DNA from: an uncultured Bacteroidota bacterium
GTDB lineage: Bacteria; Bacteroidota; Bacteroidia; UBA4408
Length of the DNA stretch: 64,000 bases
Assembly: GCA_903831265.1 (NCBI GenBank)
Contig: CAIKXD010000028.1
Span: forward strand, 9,414 to 73,413
Reading direction: 5' to 3'
A model generated the notes under the pieces. The model was given only the letters and a program-made list of their open reading frames with translations, searched no databases and was not told the DNA's origin. A program made the position numbers and the translations under genes. Of the stretch, positions 40,135-50,939 are shown one piece after another. How positions within the stretch are numbered: the stretch's first letter is position 1; every line of letters starts with the position of its first letter.

Positions 40135-42786
40135 TTAACCACCTACCATCTTTTTTATTTCGTGGAGTTTCATAAGCGCCTCCACAGGTGTTAGCGTGTT
40201 AATGTCTGTCTTCAACAACTCCTCTTTTATATTGCTTAATACAGGATCATCTAATTGAAAAAAGCTCAATTGAAAATCTTGTTTTGGCAAACTCATTTTC
40301 TTTTGCTTGCCCGTAGTATCTTGCTGTTTATGCAAACGCTCTAAATGCGCTAATATTTGGTTAGCTCTTTCCAACACCAATTTTGGCATGCCAGCCATAC
40401 GCGCCACATGAATACCAAAGCTGTGCTCGCTGCCGCCTGCAGTAAGTTTGCGCAAAAACAATACTTTATTCTCGAGCTCTTTTACCGATACATTATAATT
40501 TTTTATGCGCTTAAAACGATCTGCCATTTCATTCAATTCATGATAATGAGTGGCAAACAATGTTTTGGCTTTAAATTGTTTGTGTTCGTGAATATATTCT
40601 GCAATACTCCATGCAATAGAAATACCATCGTAAGTGCTCGTACCTCTACCAATTTCATCTAATAAAATTAAACTACGGTTCGATAAATTATTTAAGATAC
40701 TGGCAGTTTCATTCATCTCCACCATAAAAGTTGATTCGCCTGAATTGATGTTATCAGAAGCACCAACACGCGTAAACACTTTGTCAACTAAACCAATTTG
40801 CGCATGTTTGGCGGGCACATAACAACCAATTTGTGCTAAAATTACAATCAAAGCCGTTTGCCTCAACACCGCAGATTTACCCGACATGTTAGGCCCTGTA
40901 ATAACAATAATTTGTTGTGTTTGATCATCCAAATAAATATCATTGCTTACATATTGTTCGCCTGGTGGTAATAATTTTTCAATTACCGGGTGTCTACCTT
41001 CTGTAATGCTCAATACCAAATCATTACTCACTTCGGGCTTCACATAATTGTTTTGTGTGGCACACTGTGCAAAGCCAAGCAAACAATCTACACGCGCTAC
41101 TAACGATGCATTTAACTGCACAGGCTGAATGTAGTCCATTAAGCTAATCACCAAATCGTTGTAGAGTTGTGTTTCTAGTGCTAAAATTTTTTCTTCGGCA
41201 CCTAAAATTTTTTCTTCGTATTCTTTTAGCTCTGGTGTAATATAGCGCTCGGCATTGGTCAAGGTTTGTTTCCTAATCCAATCGGTAGGCACTTTATTTT
41301 TATGGGTGTTGGTTACTTCTAGGTAATAGCCAAACACATTGTTGAATGAAATTTTTAAAGACGGAATACCTGTTTTTTCGGCTTCTTTTACTTGCATTTG
41401 CAACAAATAATCTTTGCCTTTAAAGGCTAAATTTCTGAGTTCATCCAAATCATGATTAACACCAGTACTAATTACATCTCCCTTATTAACCAAAGCAGGC
41501 GGATTAGGATTAATTTCTTTCTCTAAGCGCTCAGCAATAAGCAAGCAAGGATTCAGTTGCTCTCCAATTTTTTTGAGGTGATTATTGGTACTCTGTAGGC
41601 AAATTTCTTTTAAGTTTTTAATTTCAAAAAGTGCGTTTTTTAATTGTACTAATTCGCGTGGTGAGACCCTATTTACAGCCACTTTAGCAATCAAGCGTTC
41701 TAAATCGCCCATGCTTTTTATTTGACTTTGCATGGTTTCGGCTGTGTTGGCTTGATGCATAAAAAGTTCAACCAAATCTAACCTTTCTTTTATAGGCAAT
41801 AAATCTTTTAATGGCATGCCCACCCAACGCTTCAACATGCGCGAGCCCATTGATGAAACGGTATAATCAATAATATCAACTAACGATTTTCCTTTTTGAC
41901 CTTCGCCATAACCCGAGGGTTGAAACAACTCTAAGTTACGAATGGTAAAACGATCGAGCCATACGAAGCGTTCTTCATCAATACGCGTAAGATGACTTAT
42001 ATGATCAACTTTATCATGTTGCGTTTCGGCAAGGTAATGCAAAGCCGCACCAGCAGCAATAATACCAAGTGGCAATTGTTCTACTCCAAATCCTTTGAGC
42101 GAAGTGGTGCCAAAATGTTTTAATAAAATATCATTCGCGTAGTCAGTTGTAAAAACCCATTCATCAAGCGGAAACGAATAAAATCGCGACCCAAAATGCG
42201 CTGTAAAATCTTTGCGCAAGCTTTTCTGAAAAAGCACTTCACTTGGCTTTAAATTTTGAATTAATTTATCGGCATAATCCCAGGTGCCTTCAGCAACAAA
42301 AAACTCACCCGTTGAAATATCCAAAAACGATAATCCTGCTTTGTTTCCTTGCAAAAAAACCGCTGCTAAAAAATTATTGGAATGATTATCTAACACTTTA
42401 TCGTTGTAGGAAACGCCTGGTGTAACTAACTCTGTTACGCCTCTTTTTACTATAGTTTTGGTAAGTTTTGGATCTTCTAACTGATCGCAAATAGCAACAC
42501 GATGCCCGGCTCTCACTAATTTGGGCAAATAGGAATCAAGTGAGTGATGCGGAAAGCCTGCCAATTCAATATAAGCTGCGGCACCATTGGCTCTTTTAGT
42601 AAGTACAATGCCTAAAATACCTGAAGCCTTTATGGCATCTTCTCCAAAAGTTTCGTAAAAATCGCCCACACGAAACAACAAAAGCGCATCAGGATATTTT
42701 GCCTTAATGGTGTTGTATTGCTTCATGAGTGGGGTTTCTACCACACCATTTACACTTTTAGTTTCTTTATTTGCCTTTCCCGCCAT
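40135..42786 (-). CDS. mutS: DNA mismatch repair protein MutS
   Basis: The N-terminus [34 protein letters not shown] is the mismatch-binding motif. A Walker A motif TGPNMSGKS is present. The protein is 883 aa. Confidence 0.92.
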   Translation of the reverse strand: MAGKANKETKSVNGVVETPLMKQYNTIKAKYPDALLLFRVGDFYETFGEDAIKASGILGIVLTKRANGAAAYIELAGFPHHSLDSYLPKLVRAGHRVAICDQLEDPKLTKTIVKRGVTELVTPGVSYNDKVLDNHSNNFLAAVFLQGNKAGLSFLDISTGEFFVAEGTWDYADKLIQNLKPSEVLFQKSLRKDFTAHFGSRFYSFPLDEWVFTTDYANDILLKHFGTTSLKGFGVEQLPLGIIAAGAALHYLAETQHDKVDHISHLTRIDEERFVWLDRFTIRNLELFQPSGYGEGQKGKSLVDIIDYTVSSMGSRMLKRWVGMPLKDLLPIKERLDLVELFMHQANTAETMQSQIKSMGDLERLIAKVAVNRVSPRELVQLKNALFEIKNLKEICLQSTNNHLKKIGEQLNPCLLIAERLEKEINPNPPALVNKGDVISTGVNHDLDELRNLAFKGKDYLLQMQVKEAEKTGIPSLKISFNNVFGYYLEVTNTHKNKVPTDWIRKQTLTNAERYITPELKEYEEKILGAEEKILALETQLYNDLVISLMDYIQPVQLNASLVARVDCLLGFAQCATQNNYVKPEVSNDLVLSITEGRHPVIEKLLPPGEQYVSNDIYLDDQTQQIIVITGPNMSGKSAVLRQTALIVILAQIGCYVPAKHAQIGLVDKVFTRVGASDNINSGESTFMVEMNETASILNNLSNRSLILLDEIGRGTSTYDGISIAWSIAEYIHEHKQFKAKTLFATHYHELNEMADRFKRIKNYNVSVKELENKVLFLRKLTAGGSEHSFGIHVARMAGMPKLVLERANQILAHLERLHKQQDTTGKQKKMSLPKQDFQLSFFQLDDPVLSNIKEELLKTDINTLTPVEALMKLHEIKKMVGG

Positions 42787-43019
42787 AAGTGCTCAAAGTT
42801 AAAATTTAGCCGCTAATTTTTTTAACTTGTTGAAAAAGAAGTTTTGTTTTATTGAAATGTTTAAGGATTTACAAAACAAACCAAGTTACCTTACATAATA
42901 CATCAAAAAAACAATCAAATATTTACTCAACCACAATTCACTTCATTAAACTACCATCTATATCCCATTTCTTCAAACAAATTACCCCATAATTTGTTAT
43001 ATAGCTAGCAATTCAAGAG

Positions 43020-44516
43020 ATGCAGCAACAAGAAATAAATATTGTTTGGTTTAAACGTGATTTACGATTTACAGATCATGAACCGCTATATTATGCGCAA
43101 AAATCAGGTTTGCCTGTATTGTTACTTTATATTTTTGAACCTTCGGTAATGGCCTACCACGACAGTGATGTAAGACATTGGCGCTTTGTTTACGAATCAT
43201 TACAAGAAATGAATGGCAAATTAAATGCATTGCAAACACAAGTATATATATGCCAACACGAAGCAGCCTTTGTTTTTAGCACTTTGTTTAAATTTTTTAA
43301 TGTAAAAAACATTTATTCATCGCAGGAAATAGGCAATGGTCTTACCTTTGAACGTGATATTCAAATGCAAAAACTATTTGCTGCAAATAAAATTAGTTGG
43401 CATGAGTTTCAAACAAATGGTGTTGTTCGAAAATTAAAAAGCAGGCAACATTGGGAAAAAATGTGGGAAACCACCATGACCTCAACACCCAAAATTATTG
43501 ATGAAGAGGCATGGCAATTTGTAAATATATCCGAAGAAATTCATCAAAAAATTAAAGGACCAACACTTGCAAATGAAATAACAGCAAGAAATAAAAACTT
43601 TCAAGAAGGTGGCGAGTACTGGGCTTGGCGTTATTTAAACAGTTTTTTAAAAGAACGTTACGTTAACTACAGCAAACACATTAGCAAACCATTATTGAGT
43701 AGAAAAGGCTGCAGTAGACTATCTCCGTATCTGACATATGGCAATATTAGTATGCGCATGGTGTATCAATACACAAGGCAACATTATGCTAATTCAAACA
43801 ACAAAAGAGCTTTATCAAATTTCATCTCAAGGTTACACTGGCATTGTCATTTTATACAAAAATTTGAAGATGAATGCAGGTACGAATATGAAAATATTAA
43901 TAGCGCCTACAACGCGCTTATAAAGCCTAAAAACCAAAATTATATTGATGCTTGGCAGCAAGGTAAAACAGGAGTTCCTATTGTTGATGCCTGCATGCGT
44001 TGCTTAGTTGCCACTGGCTATATCAATTTTAGAATGCGCGCCATGGTAGTATCTTTTTTTGTGTTTAATCTTTGGCAAGATTGGAGTGAGTTACACTTTT
44101 TAGCAAAGCAGTTTTTAGATTACGAACCTGGCATTCATTACCCACAATTGCAAATGCAAAGCGGCACTACAGGTATCAATACCATTAGAATTTATAATCC
44201 TATAAAAAATTCTGAAGAGCACGATCCCGAAGGTTCATTTATAAAACAATGGATTCCAGCGCTAAAAAATATACCTCCACATCTTATTCATGAGCCACAA
44301 AAATTAACGCAAATAGATCAGCAACTTTATGGCTGCACCATTGGAAAAGATTACCCCTACCCTATTGTTGATATAGAAGAAACAAGAAAGAATGCCAGCG
44401 ATATTGTTTGGCAGTACAGAAAAACTGCTGCTGTAAAAATTGAAGGAAAACGAATATTAGCAAAGCATGTAAACAATCCAAAATCTTTTCTAACACAAAA
44501 TGAAAAAAGGAGCTAA
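43020..44516 (+). CDS. Photolyase/cryptochrome family FAD-binding protein (class-I CPD photolyase-like)
   Basis: The N-terminus is [16 protein letters not shown]. The FAD-binding block [30 protein letters not shown] resembles E. coli Phr TGYPIVDAAMRQL..GWMHNRLRM..ASF. Confidence 0.85.
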   Translation: MQQQEINIVWFKRDLRFTDHEPLYYAQKSGLPVLLLYIFEPSVMAYHDSDVRHWRFVYESLQEMNGKLNALQTQVYICQHEAAFVFSTLFKFFNVKNIYSSQEIGNGLTFERDIQMQKLFAANKISWHEFQTNGVVRKLKSRQHWEKMWETTMTSTPKIIDEEAWQFVNISEEIHQKIKGPTLANEITARNKNFQEGGEYWAWRYLNSFLKERYVNYSKHISKPLLSRKGCSRLSPYLTYGNISMRMVYQYTRQHYANSNNKRALSNFISRLHWHCHFIQKFEDECRYEYENINSAYNALIKPKNQNYIDAWQQGKTGVPIVDACMRCLVATGYINFRMRAMVVSFFVFNLWQDWSELHFLAKQFLDYEPGIHYPQLQMQSGTTGINTIRIYNPIKNSEEHDPEGSFIKQWIPALKNIPPHLIHEPQKLTQIDQQLYGCTIGKDYPYPIVDIEETRKNASDIVWQYRKTAAVKIEGKRILAKHVNNPKSFLTQNEKRS

Positions 44517-44964
44517 ATTAAGTGTATCAATTCTATTGCCTTTAATTATTGGAGGTATATCGGGCTATTATACCGCAGCAAATATTCAAAGTTGGTATGT
44601 AACATTAATTAAGCCCTCTTTTAACCCACCAAACTATTTGTTTGGACCCGTTTGGACAAGTTTGTACATCATAATGGGTATTTCATTTTATATGATTTGG
44701 AGCAGCACAAAATCTAATAAAAATAAATTAATTGGTATTTACCTCTTTCAGCTTGTGTTAAATTTTTTGTGGAGTTTTATTTTCTTTAAATATCATGCTA
44801 TAGGTATTGCCGCCATAGAAATTGTTGTTTTATGGTTAAGTATTTTAACCATGATTATGATGTTTTATAAAAACAACAAATGGGCAGCATTCATTAACAT
44901 TCCGTATTTGTTGTGGGTAAGTTTTGCGAGTGTTTTAAACATAAGTATTTACCTCTTAAACTAA
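44500..44964 (+). CDS. tspO: TspO/MBR family tryptophan-rich sensory protein
   Basis: It is a 154-aa protein with five TM segments and Trp-rich motifs ([22 protein letters not shown]...FLWSFIFF). It overlaps the photolyase stop by 17 nt. Confidence 0.8.
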   Translation: MKKGAKLSVSILLPLIIGGISGYYTAANIQSWYVTLIKPSFNPPNYLFGPVWTSLYIIMGISFYMIWSSTKSNKNKLIGIYLFQLVLNFLWSFIFFKYHAIGIAAIEIVVLWLSILTMIMMFYKNNKWAAFINIPYLLWVSFASVLNISIYLLN

Positions 44965-44969
44965 TTTTA

Positions 44970-45683
44970 ATGAACACGTTTTTAAACGCAAAATGGAGCA
45001 ATTTAATTATGGCCAATTATGAAATTGATCCAAACTTGCTAATGCCTTTTCTCCCAAAAGGTGTGGAACTCGACTATTACCAAGGTAAATGCTATGTGAG
45101 CTTAGTTGGATTTTTATTTGAAAATACACATATTTTTAAAATTCCTATTCCCGTTTGGGGAACTTTTGAAGAAGTAAATTTAAGATTTTATGTGGTGCGA
45201 AAAGTGGATGGCGAAACAAGGCGCGGTGTAGTTTTTATTAATGAAACTGTACCCAATAAAATAGTGGCCTTTATTGCAAACAAATTGTATAAAGAACATT
45301 ATACAGCCGTTCCCACCAAATACAGCTGGCAAATAAATGAAGCGCAAAAGCAAATTGAATATCACTGGAAAGTAAAACAAACTTGGAACAGTATTAAAGT
45401 TAATGCTTCAGCCGAAAAAGAAAAAATGAAACAAGGCAGCTTTGAAGAGTTCATATTTGAACATTATTATGGCTACACTAAAGTAAATGATCATAAAACT
45501 TTGGAGTATAAAGTTGAACATCCTAGCTGGGAAATAAATAAAATAAACAACTATCAAATCAATTGCGATTTTAAACTATTTTATGGTGCGCCTTTTAAAG
45601 TATTAAATGATTCAAAACCTTATTCGGTAATGCTTGCCGAGGGTTCTGATGTGCGTGTAAAATGGAAAAGAAATGAAATTTAA
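44970..45683 (+). CDS. DUF2071-like (YqjF-type) protein
   Basis: It begins at [21 protein letters not shown]..., right after the tspO stop. The ORF track's longer start overlaps tspO. The family assignment is from memory of the N-terminal motif only. Confidence 0.5.
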   Translation: MNTFLNAKWSNLIMANYEIDPNLLMPFLPKGVELDYYQGKCYVSLVGFLFENTHIFKIPIPVWGTFEEVNLRFYVVRKVDGETRRGVVFINETVPNKIVAFIANKLYKEHYTAVPTKYSWQINEAQKQIEYHWKVKQTWNSIKVNASAEKEKMKQGSFEEFIFEHYYGYTKVNDHKTLEYKVEHPSWEINKINNYQINCDFKLFYGAPFKVLNDSKPYSVMLAEGSDVRVKWKRNEI

Positions 45684-45700
45684 AATGCTTTAAAACAACA

Positions 45701-45838
45701 ATGAAAGGGGTAAAAAAAGAAAATCTTCCGGCCAAAATTTGCATGCATTGCAACAAACCTTTTAGCTGGCGAAAAAAATGGGAAAAAAATTGGAATGAAG
45801 TAAAATACTGCAGCGACAGATGCAGAAAACAAAAATGA
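45701..45838 (+). CDS. DUF2256-like small Cys-rich protein (45 aa), missed by the ORF track
   Basis: The translation is [45 protein letters not shown], with 4 Cys in a C..C...C...C arrangement. It sits in the 160-nt gap between photolyase-family genes. DUF2256 proteins are known photolyase neighbours. Confidence 0.5.
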   Translation: MKGVKKENLPAKICMHCNKPFSWRKKWEKNWNEVKYCSDRCRKQK

Positions 45839-45844
45839 TAAAGA

Positions 45845-47389
45845 ATGAATAAAAGTAAAATAGTTAGATTAATTCTTGGCGATCAGCTCAATATAAATCA
45901 CTCATGGTTTTGCGAGGTAAATAATGATGTTACTTACGTGTTGATGGAAATTCAATCGGAAACCAATTACGCACAACATCACATTCAAAAAGTGCTTGCT
46001 TTTTTTGCAGCCATGCAGCAGTTTGCAGCACATCTTAAATCGTTAAAGCACCAAGTAATTTATTATAAACTAAACGATAAAAATAATTTACAAAGCTTTG
46101 ATAAAAATATACAATCATTAATTAATACACATGGTTTTACGCACTTCGAATACCTGCTGCCCGATGAGTACCGTGTTGATGAACATTTATTGTTGCTTAC
46201 TAAAAATCTTAAAATTACGCATCGCGCCTACGATACCGAACATTTTTACACTGAACGCAACGAGTTAGGTAATTTTTTTAAAGGTAAAAAAACATACCTT
46301 ATGGAAAGCTTCTACAGGTACATGCGTAAAAAACACCAAGTGCTTGTGGTAAATGGCGATCAGCCACTTCATGGCCAATGGAATTTTGATGGAGACAATA
46401 GAGAAAAACTACCAAAAAATCATCATCCCATTGCACCTCTTTTATTTTCGAATGATGTAAGTGAAATTGAAAAAGAAATTATAGAAGCCAATGTAAAAAC
46501 CATTGGAACCGTTAATTCCAACAACTTTATATGGCCTGTAAATAGAGCGCAATCGATCGAATTACTTAATTTTTTTGTTGAGCATTGCTTAGCGCTATTT
46601 GGTACTTTTCAAGATGCAATGGCACCAAACGAGTGGTCCTTATATCACTCACGATTATCATTTGCAATGAATATAAAAATGATATCGCCACAAGAAGTAA
46701 TTGAAAAAGCCATTGAAGCTTATCAAAAAGCACCTGATAAAATCCAATACAATCAACTAGAGGGTTTTGTGCGTCAAATTATTGGTTGGCGAGAGTATAT
46801 GCGAGGCATCTATTGGGAAAAAATGCCACAATATGCGCAGTTTAATTACTTTGAGCATCATGAAAAATTACCTGATTATTTTTGGACAGGCAAAACAAAA
46901 ATGAATTGCTTAAAAAATGCCATACAACAATCATTACAATTTGCCTATGCGCATCATATTCAACGTTTAATGATTACTGGTAATTTTGCACTCTTAGCAG
47001 GCGTTCATCCCGATGAAGTTGATGCCTGGTATTTAGGTATTTATATTGATGCATTAGAGTGGGTAGAAATTACCAATACGCGCGGTATGAGTCAGTTTGC
47101 AGATGGTGGCATTGTAGGTTCAAAACCTTATGTAAGTTCGGCAACCTATATCAATAAAATGAGTTCTTATTGCACAGGATGTTATTACAATAAAGCAAAA
47201 AAAACAGGCGATAAAGCTTGTCCGTTTAATAGTTTGTATTGGAATTTTTACGATAAACATGAAAGCAAATTGGCTAAAAATCCTCGCATTGGCATGATGT
47301 ACAATGTATGGCGAAGAATGCAACCTAATGATAAAACTGAACTACTTACACAAGCCGAATATTATTTAAAACATATAAACGAACTATAA
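45845..47389 (+). CDS. Fe-S cluster-containing cryptochrome/(6-4) photolyase-like protein (FeS-BCP / PhrB-CryB family, COG3046)
   Basis: The N-terminus IVRLILGDQLN is characteristic of 'deoxyribodipyrimidine photolyase-related protein'. A C-terminal 4-Cys cluster is present (YCTGCYYNKAKKTGDKACPFNSLYW). The protein is 514 aa. Confidence 0.85.
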   Translation: MNKSKIVRLILGDQLNINHSWFCEVNNDVTYVLMEIQSETNYAQHHIQKVLAFFAAMQQFAAHLKSLKHQVIYYKLNDKNNLQSFDKNIQSLINTHGFTHFEYLLPDEYRVDEHLLLLTKNLKITHRAYDTEHFYTERNELGNFFKGKKTYLMESFYRYMRKKHQVLVVNGDQPLHGQWNFDGDNREKLPKNHHPIAPLLFSNDVSEIEKEIIEANVKTIGTVNSNNFIWPVNRAQSIELLNFFVEHCLALFGTFQDAMAPNEWSLYHSRLSFAMNIKMISPQEVIEKAIEAYQKAPDKIQYNQLEGFVRQIIGWREYMRGIYWEKMPQYAQFNYFEHHEKLPDYFWTGKTKMNCLKNAIQQSLQFAYAHHIQRLMITGNFALLAGVHPDEVDAWYLGIYIDALEWVEITNTRGMSQFADGGIVGSKPYVSSATYINKMSSYCTGCYYNKAKKTGDKACPFNSLYWNFYDKHESKLAKNPRIGMMYNVWRRMQPNDKTELLTQAEYYLKHINEL

Positions 47390-48694
47390 ATGAAAACTTC
47401 AATTGTTTGGTTCAAAACCGATTTAAGATTACACGACAACGAAACATTAGTAAATGCGATAGCGCAGAGCGATTCTATTATTCCAGTATATTGTTTTGAT
47501 GAAGCTCACTTTAACAAAACTGCTTTTGGTTTCCAAAAAACTGGTGCATTTAGAGCACAATTTTTACTTGAATCATTGCTTAATTTGGATAAAAATTTAC
47601 GCCAATTAGGTTCAGGATTAATACTTTTACACGGCATACCTGCTCTTGAAATTGCTAAGCTTGCGCAAAAATATAAAGCCACAAAAGTATTTGCTAAGAA
47701 AGAAGTGGCAAGTGAAGAAATAAAAACACACCAAGCGGTGGAAGCAGCACTTTGGAAAATGCAAATACCACTTGAAACATTTAGCACAAGCACTTTATAT
47801 CACGCTAAGGATTTACCTTTTCCCTTAAAAGATATTCCCGAAATATTTACGCAGTTTAGAAAAAAAGTTGAAACAGAATCAGAAATCAGAAAGGCATTTG
47901 AAAAGCCAACTTCCATAAAATCTCCGGTAATAGAAAACATATGTTTGCCCACTTTAAAATCGTTAGGACTTAAAACGCCCAAATATGATTGCAGGGCGGC
48001 TATTGAATTTAAAGGAGGCGAAAGTGCCGCACTTGAAAGGCTAAATCATTATTTCACCGAAACGCAAGCCATATCAAGATATAAAGAAACAAGAAATGGA
48101 ATGATTGGTGCCAATTACTCCAGCAAATTGGCTCCATGGATGGCACAGGGCTGCATATCGCCTCGCAGCATATACTATCAATTAAAAAATTATGAATCTA
48201 TTTATGGTGCAAATGAGTCAACGTATTGGTTGGTTTTTGAGTTACTTTGGCGCGATTACTTTAGGTTTATGATGAAAAAACACCAAACACAATTTTTTCT
48301 TCAACAAGGTTTAAAGGGCGCAACTAGTAGCGCATACAAACACAACGTTAGCAAATTTGAAGCCTGGAAAAATGGCAAAACGGGTGTAGATTTTATTGAT
48401 GCCAACATGCTCGAATTAAAGCATACTGGTTTTATGAGTAACAGAGGAAGACAAAATGTAGCCAGTTATTTATGTCATAATTTAAAGCTCGATTGGCGCT
48501 ATGGCGCTGCCTATTTTGAAGAGCAGTTGATAGATTATGATGTTAGCAGCAACTGGGGCAATTGGTCTTATATAGCCGGTGTAGGAAACGATCCCAGAGA
48601 AAACAGGGTGTTTAATATCGAAAAACAAGCCCTTACCTACGATAAGAATAAATCGTACAGACAACTGTGGCTAGAGGATGAAATGATTAGCTGA
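47390..48694 (+). CDS. DASH-family cryptochrome
   Basis: The N-terminus SIVWFKTDLRLHDNETL and the protein's 434-aa length, plus FAD-binding region motifs, fit the DASH family. Its start abuts the stop of the upstream gene. Confidence 0.85.
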   Translation: MKTSIVWFKTDLRLHDNETLVNAIAQSDSIIPVYCFDEAHFNKTAFGFQKTGAFRAQFLLESLLNLDKNLRQLGSGLILLHGIPALEIAKLAQKYKATKVFAKKEVASEEIKTHQAVEAALWKMQIPLETFSTSTLYHAKDLPFPLKDIPEIFTQFRKKVETESEIRKAFEKPTSIKSPVIENICLPTLKSLGLKTPKYDCRAAIEFKGGESAALERLNHYFTETQAISRYKETRNGMIGANYSSKLAPWMAQGCISPRSIYYQLKNYESIYGANESTYWLVFELLWRDYFRFMMKKHQTQFFLQQGLKGATSSAYKHNVSKFEAWKNGKTGVDFIDANMLELKHTGFMSNRGRQNVASYLCHNLKLDWRYGAAYFEEQLIDYDVSSNWGNWSYIAGVGNDPRENRVFNIEKQALTYDKNKSYRQLWLEDEMIS

Positions 48695-48774
48695 TTAGCA
48701 AATTAGCTGATTAAATTAATGTGCCAATTTTATAATTTATTAGCGTTTTTTAATTAAGTATTTTTAGGGCAAAC

Positions 48775-48855
48775 CCTTTCGTTATTTGAGCAAAGCCTTG
48801 CTCAAATAACGAAAGGTCGGGCTGTGCGCGGTACAAGGTACCTTGCTTCCATCCC
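48775..48855 (+). repeat. GC-rich structured intergenic element, copy B (19-bp perfect hairpin plus conserved tail)
   Basis: The hairpin is cctttcgttatttgagcaa-agcc-ttgctcaaataacgaaagg, followed by tcgggctgtgcgcggtacaaggtaccttgcttccatccc. This tail is homologous to that of copy A and contains a nested palindrome caaggtaccttg. Confidence 0.5.
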
Positions 48856-49029
48856 TTTTGCATAGGTGTAGTGTTAAAATGAAACAACTGCCTATTTCCA
48901 AGGCTTTAGCTGCAAACTAGTTAATTAAACCCCAACATTTTAACAGTTGGCGCTAACACTAAAGGTTTAATTAGCGTACTATTAAAGAAAGTACTAATTT
49001 AGCTATATCAAAATGGTGATTTTTTAACA

Positions 49030-49599
49030 TTGCAAATAATAGTAGATCATAACATAATAGAAGGTTGTTTAAAAGGCAATCGTTTGTCGCAACAGCAGTT
49101 GTACAAGCATTGCTTTGACTTTTTAATACGTATTTGCAGGCGTTACGTTAGTAATAATGATGATGCGGTAGACCTCATCAATCAAAGCTTTTTAAAAATA
49201 TTAAACAACCTGGCCACCTTTAGAAAAAACGAAAATTTTGAAGCCTGGATAAGCACCATTGCAGTGCACACCGCCATAGATCATATTAGAAAAAACAAAA
49301 GATACAGAGAGCGTGTGGCCCTTAGCGATGATTATAAAATTGAATTGTTTGATTATAATCAAATAAGTATGAATGTGGCAGCAGATAAAATGATGGCCGA
49401 TGATATCATGAAAATGATACAACAGCTGCCCATTTTAACCCGCGAAGTATTAAATTTAAATGTAATTGAAGGATACCATCATAAAGAAATTGGAGAAATG
49501 CTTGGCATTTCAGAAGAAGCATCGAGATGGCATTTGCACAAAGCCCGTCAAATATTAAAAGAAAAATTATTAGTAAATAAAAAAGTAAAAGTAGCGTAA
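49030..49599 (+). CDS. RNA polymerase sigma-70 family (ECF-type) sigma factor
   Basis: Region 2 is DLINQSFLKILNNLATFRKNENFEAWISTIAVHTAIDHIRK. The region 4 HTH is LPILTREVLNLNVIEGYHHKEIGEMLGISEEASRWHLHKARQILKEKL. Confidence 0.85.
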   Translation: MQIIVDHNIIEGCLKGNRLSQQQLYKHCFDFLIRICRRYVSNNDDAVDLINQSFLKILNNLATFRKNENFEAWISTIAVHTAIDHIRKNKRYRERVALSDDYKIELFDYNQISMNVAADKMMADDIMKMIQQLPILTREVLNLNVIEGYHHKEIGEMLGISEEASRWHLHKARQILKEKLLVNKKVKVA

Positions 49600-49600
49600 C

Positions 49601-50938
49601 ATGGTAGATACAGAAGATAACTTTAATGAGTTTTTAAAACAAAAAGTGGAAGAAAGCCACTTTGAGTACAATGAGGCTTATTGGCTAAAAGCAGAAAAAC
49701 TGATAGAAAATGCTGAACCAAAAAGAAAGCCATTTTGGTTTGGCTTTGCTTGGGGCGCATTATCATTAGCCTTGGTTGGTGGCATTGCCGCAATGGTTTT
49801 AAATCTTAACCAACCAAAAAACAAATTGGCGCAAACGACTCAAAAGAGCAATGTTGGATTAATTACTAATGCAAGTGCGCAAGAAACAAATACGCAAAAA
49901 ACGCAAGCTGTAATAGCAGCTAGCCAATTAAACTCCAAAGCCAATCATGTGCAATCCAAAAAAATAACTGGCGCTAAAGTGGCTGTGCAAAATAAAACCT
50001 ATGCTAATGCATTGGCCAGCAACAACAATAAAAGTGGCATAAAAAATTCAATTGTGCATAGCAATGTAAATGAAAAAAGTAAGCAATCAAATACCAATAT
50101 CACCGCAAGTGTCAACAATCGTTATAAAGGCAGTTTTAGCCAGGTAAAGAGTTTATCGTTGCCAAAATTGCCTAAAAGCACCGTAATTGAAAATGAAGAT
50201 GATGATGTAGCAGAAGATCATAAAGTAATAACAATTGCAGAACCTGTAATTATTAGGGCAAAAGCGCCTTCAGTTAAAGATATTGATGTAAATATAGTAG
50301 CCGCTTGCGAAAATAAAAACAAGCATGAATGGATGTTTAATATACTTGCAGGCGTTAGCGACAGCAGAGGTTTTGAAGGTAATACTGCTACAACTTCAAG
50401 AATTGGATTTGGTTATTTTGGTGGATTTAGATTAGGATATAAAATTGATAAAAATTGGTTTGTAGGTGTGCAACCCTTAATATACAACAGGGGTGCAATA
50501 AATACAAGTATTCAAACACAAAAAACAGCTTACGATTTTGGTGCCAATGCCGACGAATTTATAGTAAAAAACAAAGCCTTGTTATTTGCCGAAATGCCTG
50601 TTTCTGTTGGGTACAGAGTACAACGTCATCAAATAAGTGTAGGTGCCGGATTTGAATATTTGGTAAATGTAAAAAGTGATGTAAAAGATTTTGGCACTGC
50701 AGCTTATACACCCAACCAATGGGGCTACACCAATGGCTTTAACCGCTTTGGAACCATTGCAATATTTAATTATGCATTTAATGTTTACAACCAACTATGG
50801 TTAACCATGATGGTGCAAAAAGGATTTACCGATTTAACAAAAGCAGATTATTTTACTACCAATAGCAAAGACAAAAATTTAAACCTACGAATTGGTGTAC
50901 AATACCAATTTAACAATCAAAAAAAGAAAGGAAAATAA
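49601..50938 (+). CDS. Putative anti-sigma factor / membrane protein with a C-terminal outer-membrane-beta-barrel-like domain
   Basis: Its start is 1 nt after the sigma gene stop. There is a short cytoplasmic N-terminus, one TM segment (FWFGFAWGALSLALVGGIAAMVL), an N/S/K-rich linker, and a C-terminal ~200 aa with alternating hydrophobic beta-strand patterning. Confidence 0.5.
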   Translation: MVDTEDNFNEFLKQKVEESHFEYNEAYWLKAEKLIENAEPKRKPFWFGFAWGALSLALVGGIAAMVLNLNQPKNKLAQTTQKSNVGLITNASAQETNTQKTQAVIAASQLNSKANHVQSKKITGAKVAVQNKTYANALASNNNKSGIKNSIVHSNVNEKSKQSNTNITASVNNRYKGSFSQVKSLSLPKLPKSTVIENEDDDVAEDHKVITIAEPVIIRAKAPSVKDIDVNIVAACENKNKHEWMFNILAGVSDSRGFEGNTATTSRIGFGYFGGFRLGYKIDKNWFVGVQPLIYNRGAINTSIQTQKTAYDFGANADEFIVKNKALLFAEMPVSVGYRVQRHQISVGAGFEYLVNVKSDVKDFGTAAYTPNQWGYTNGFNRFGTIAIFNYAFNVYNQLWLTMMVQKGFTDLTKADYFTTNSKDKNLNLRIGVQYQFNNQKKKGK

Positions 50939-50939
50939 G

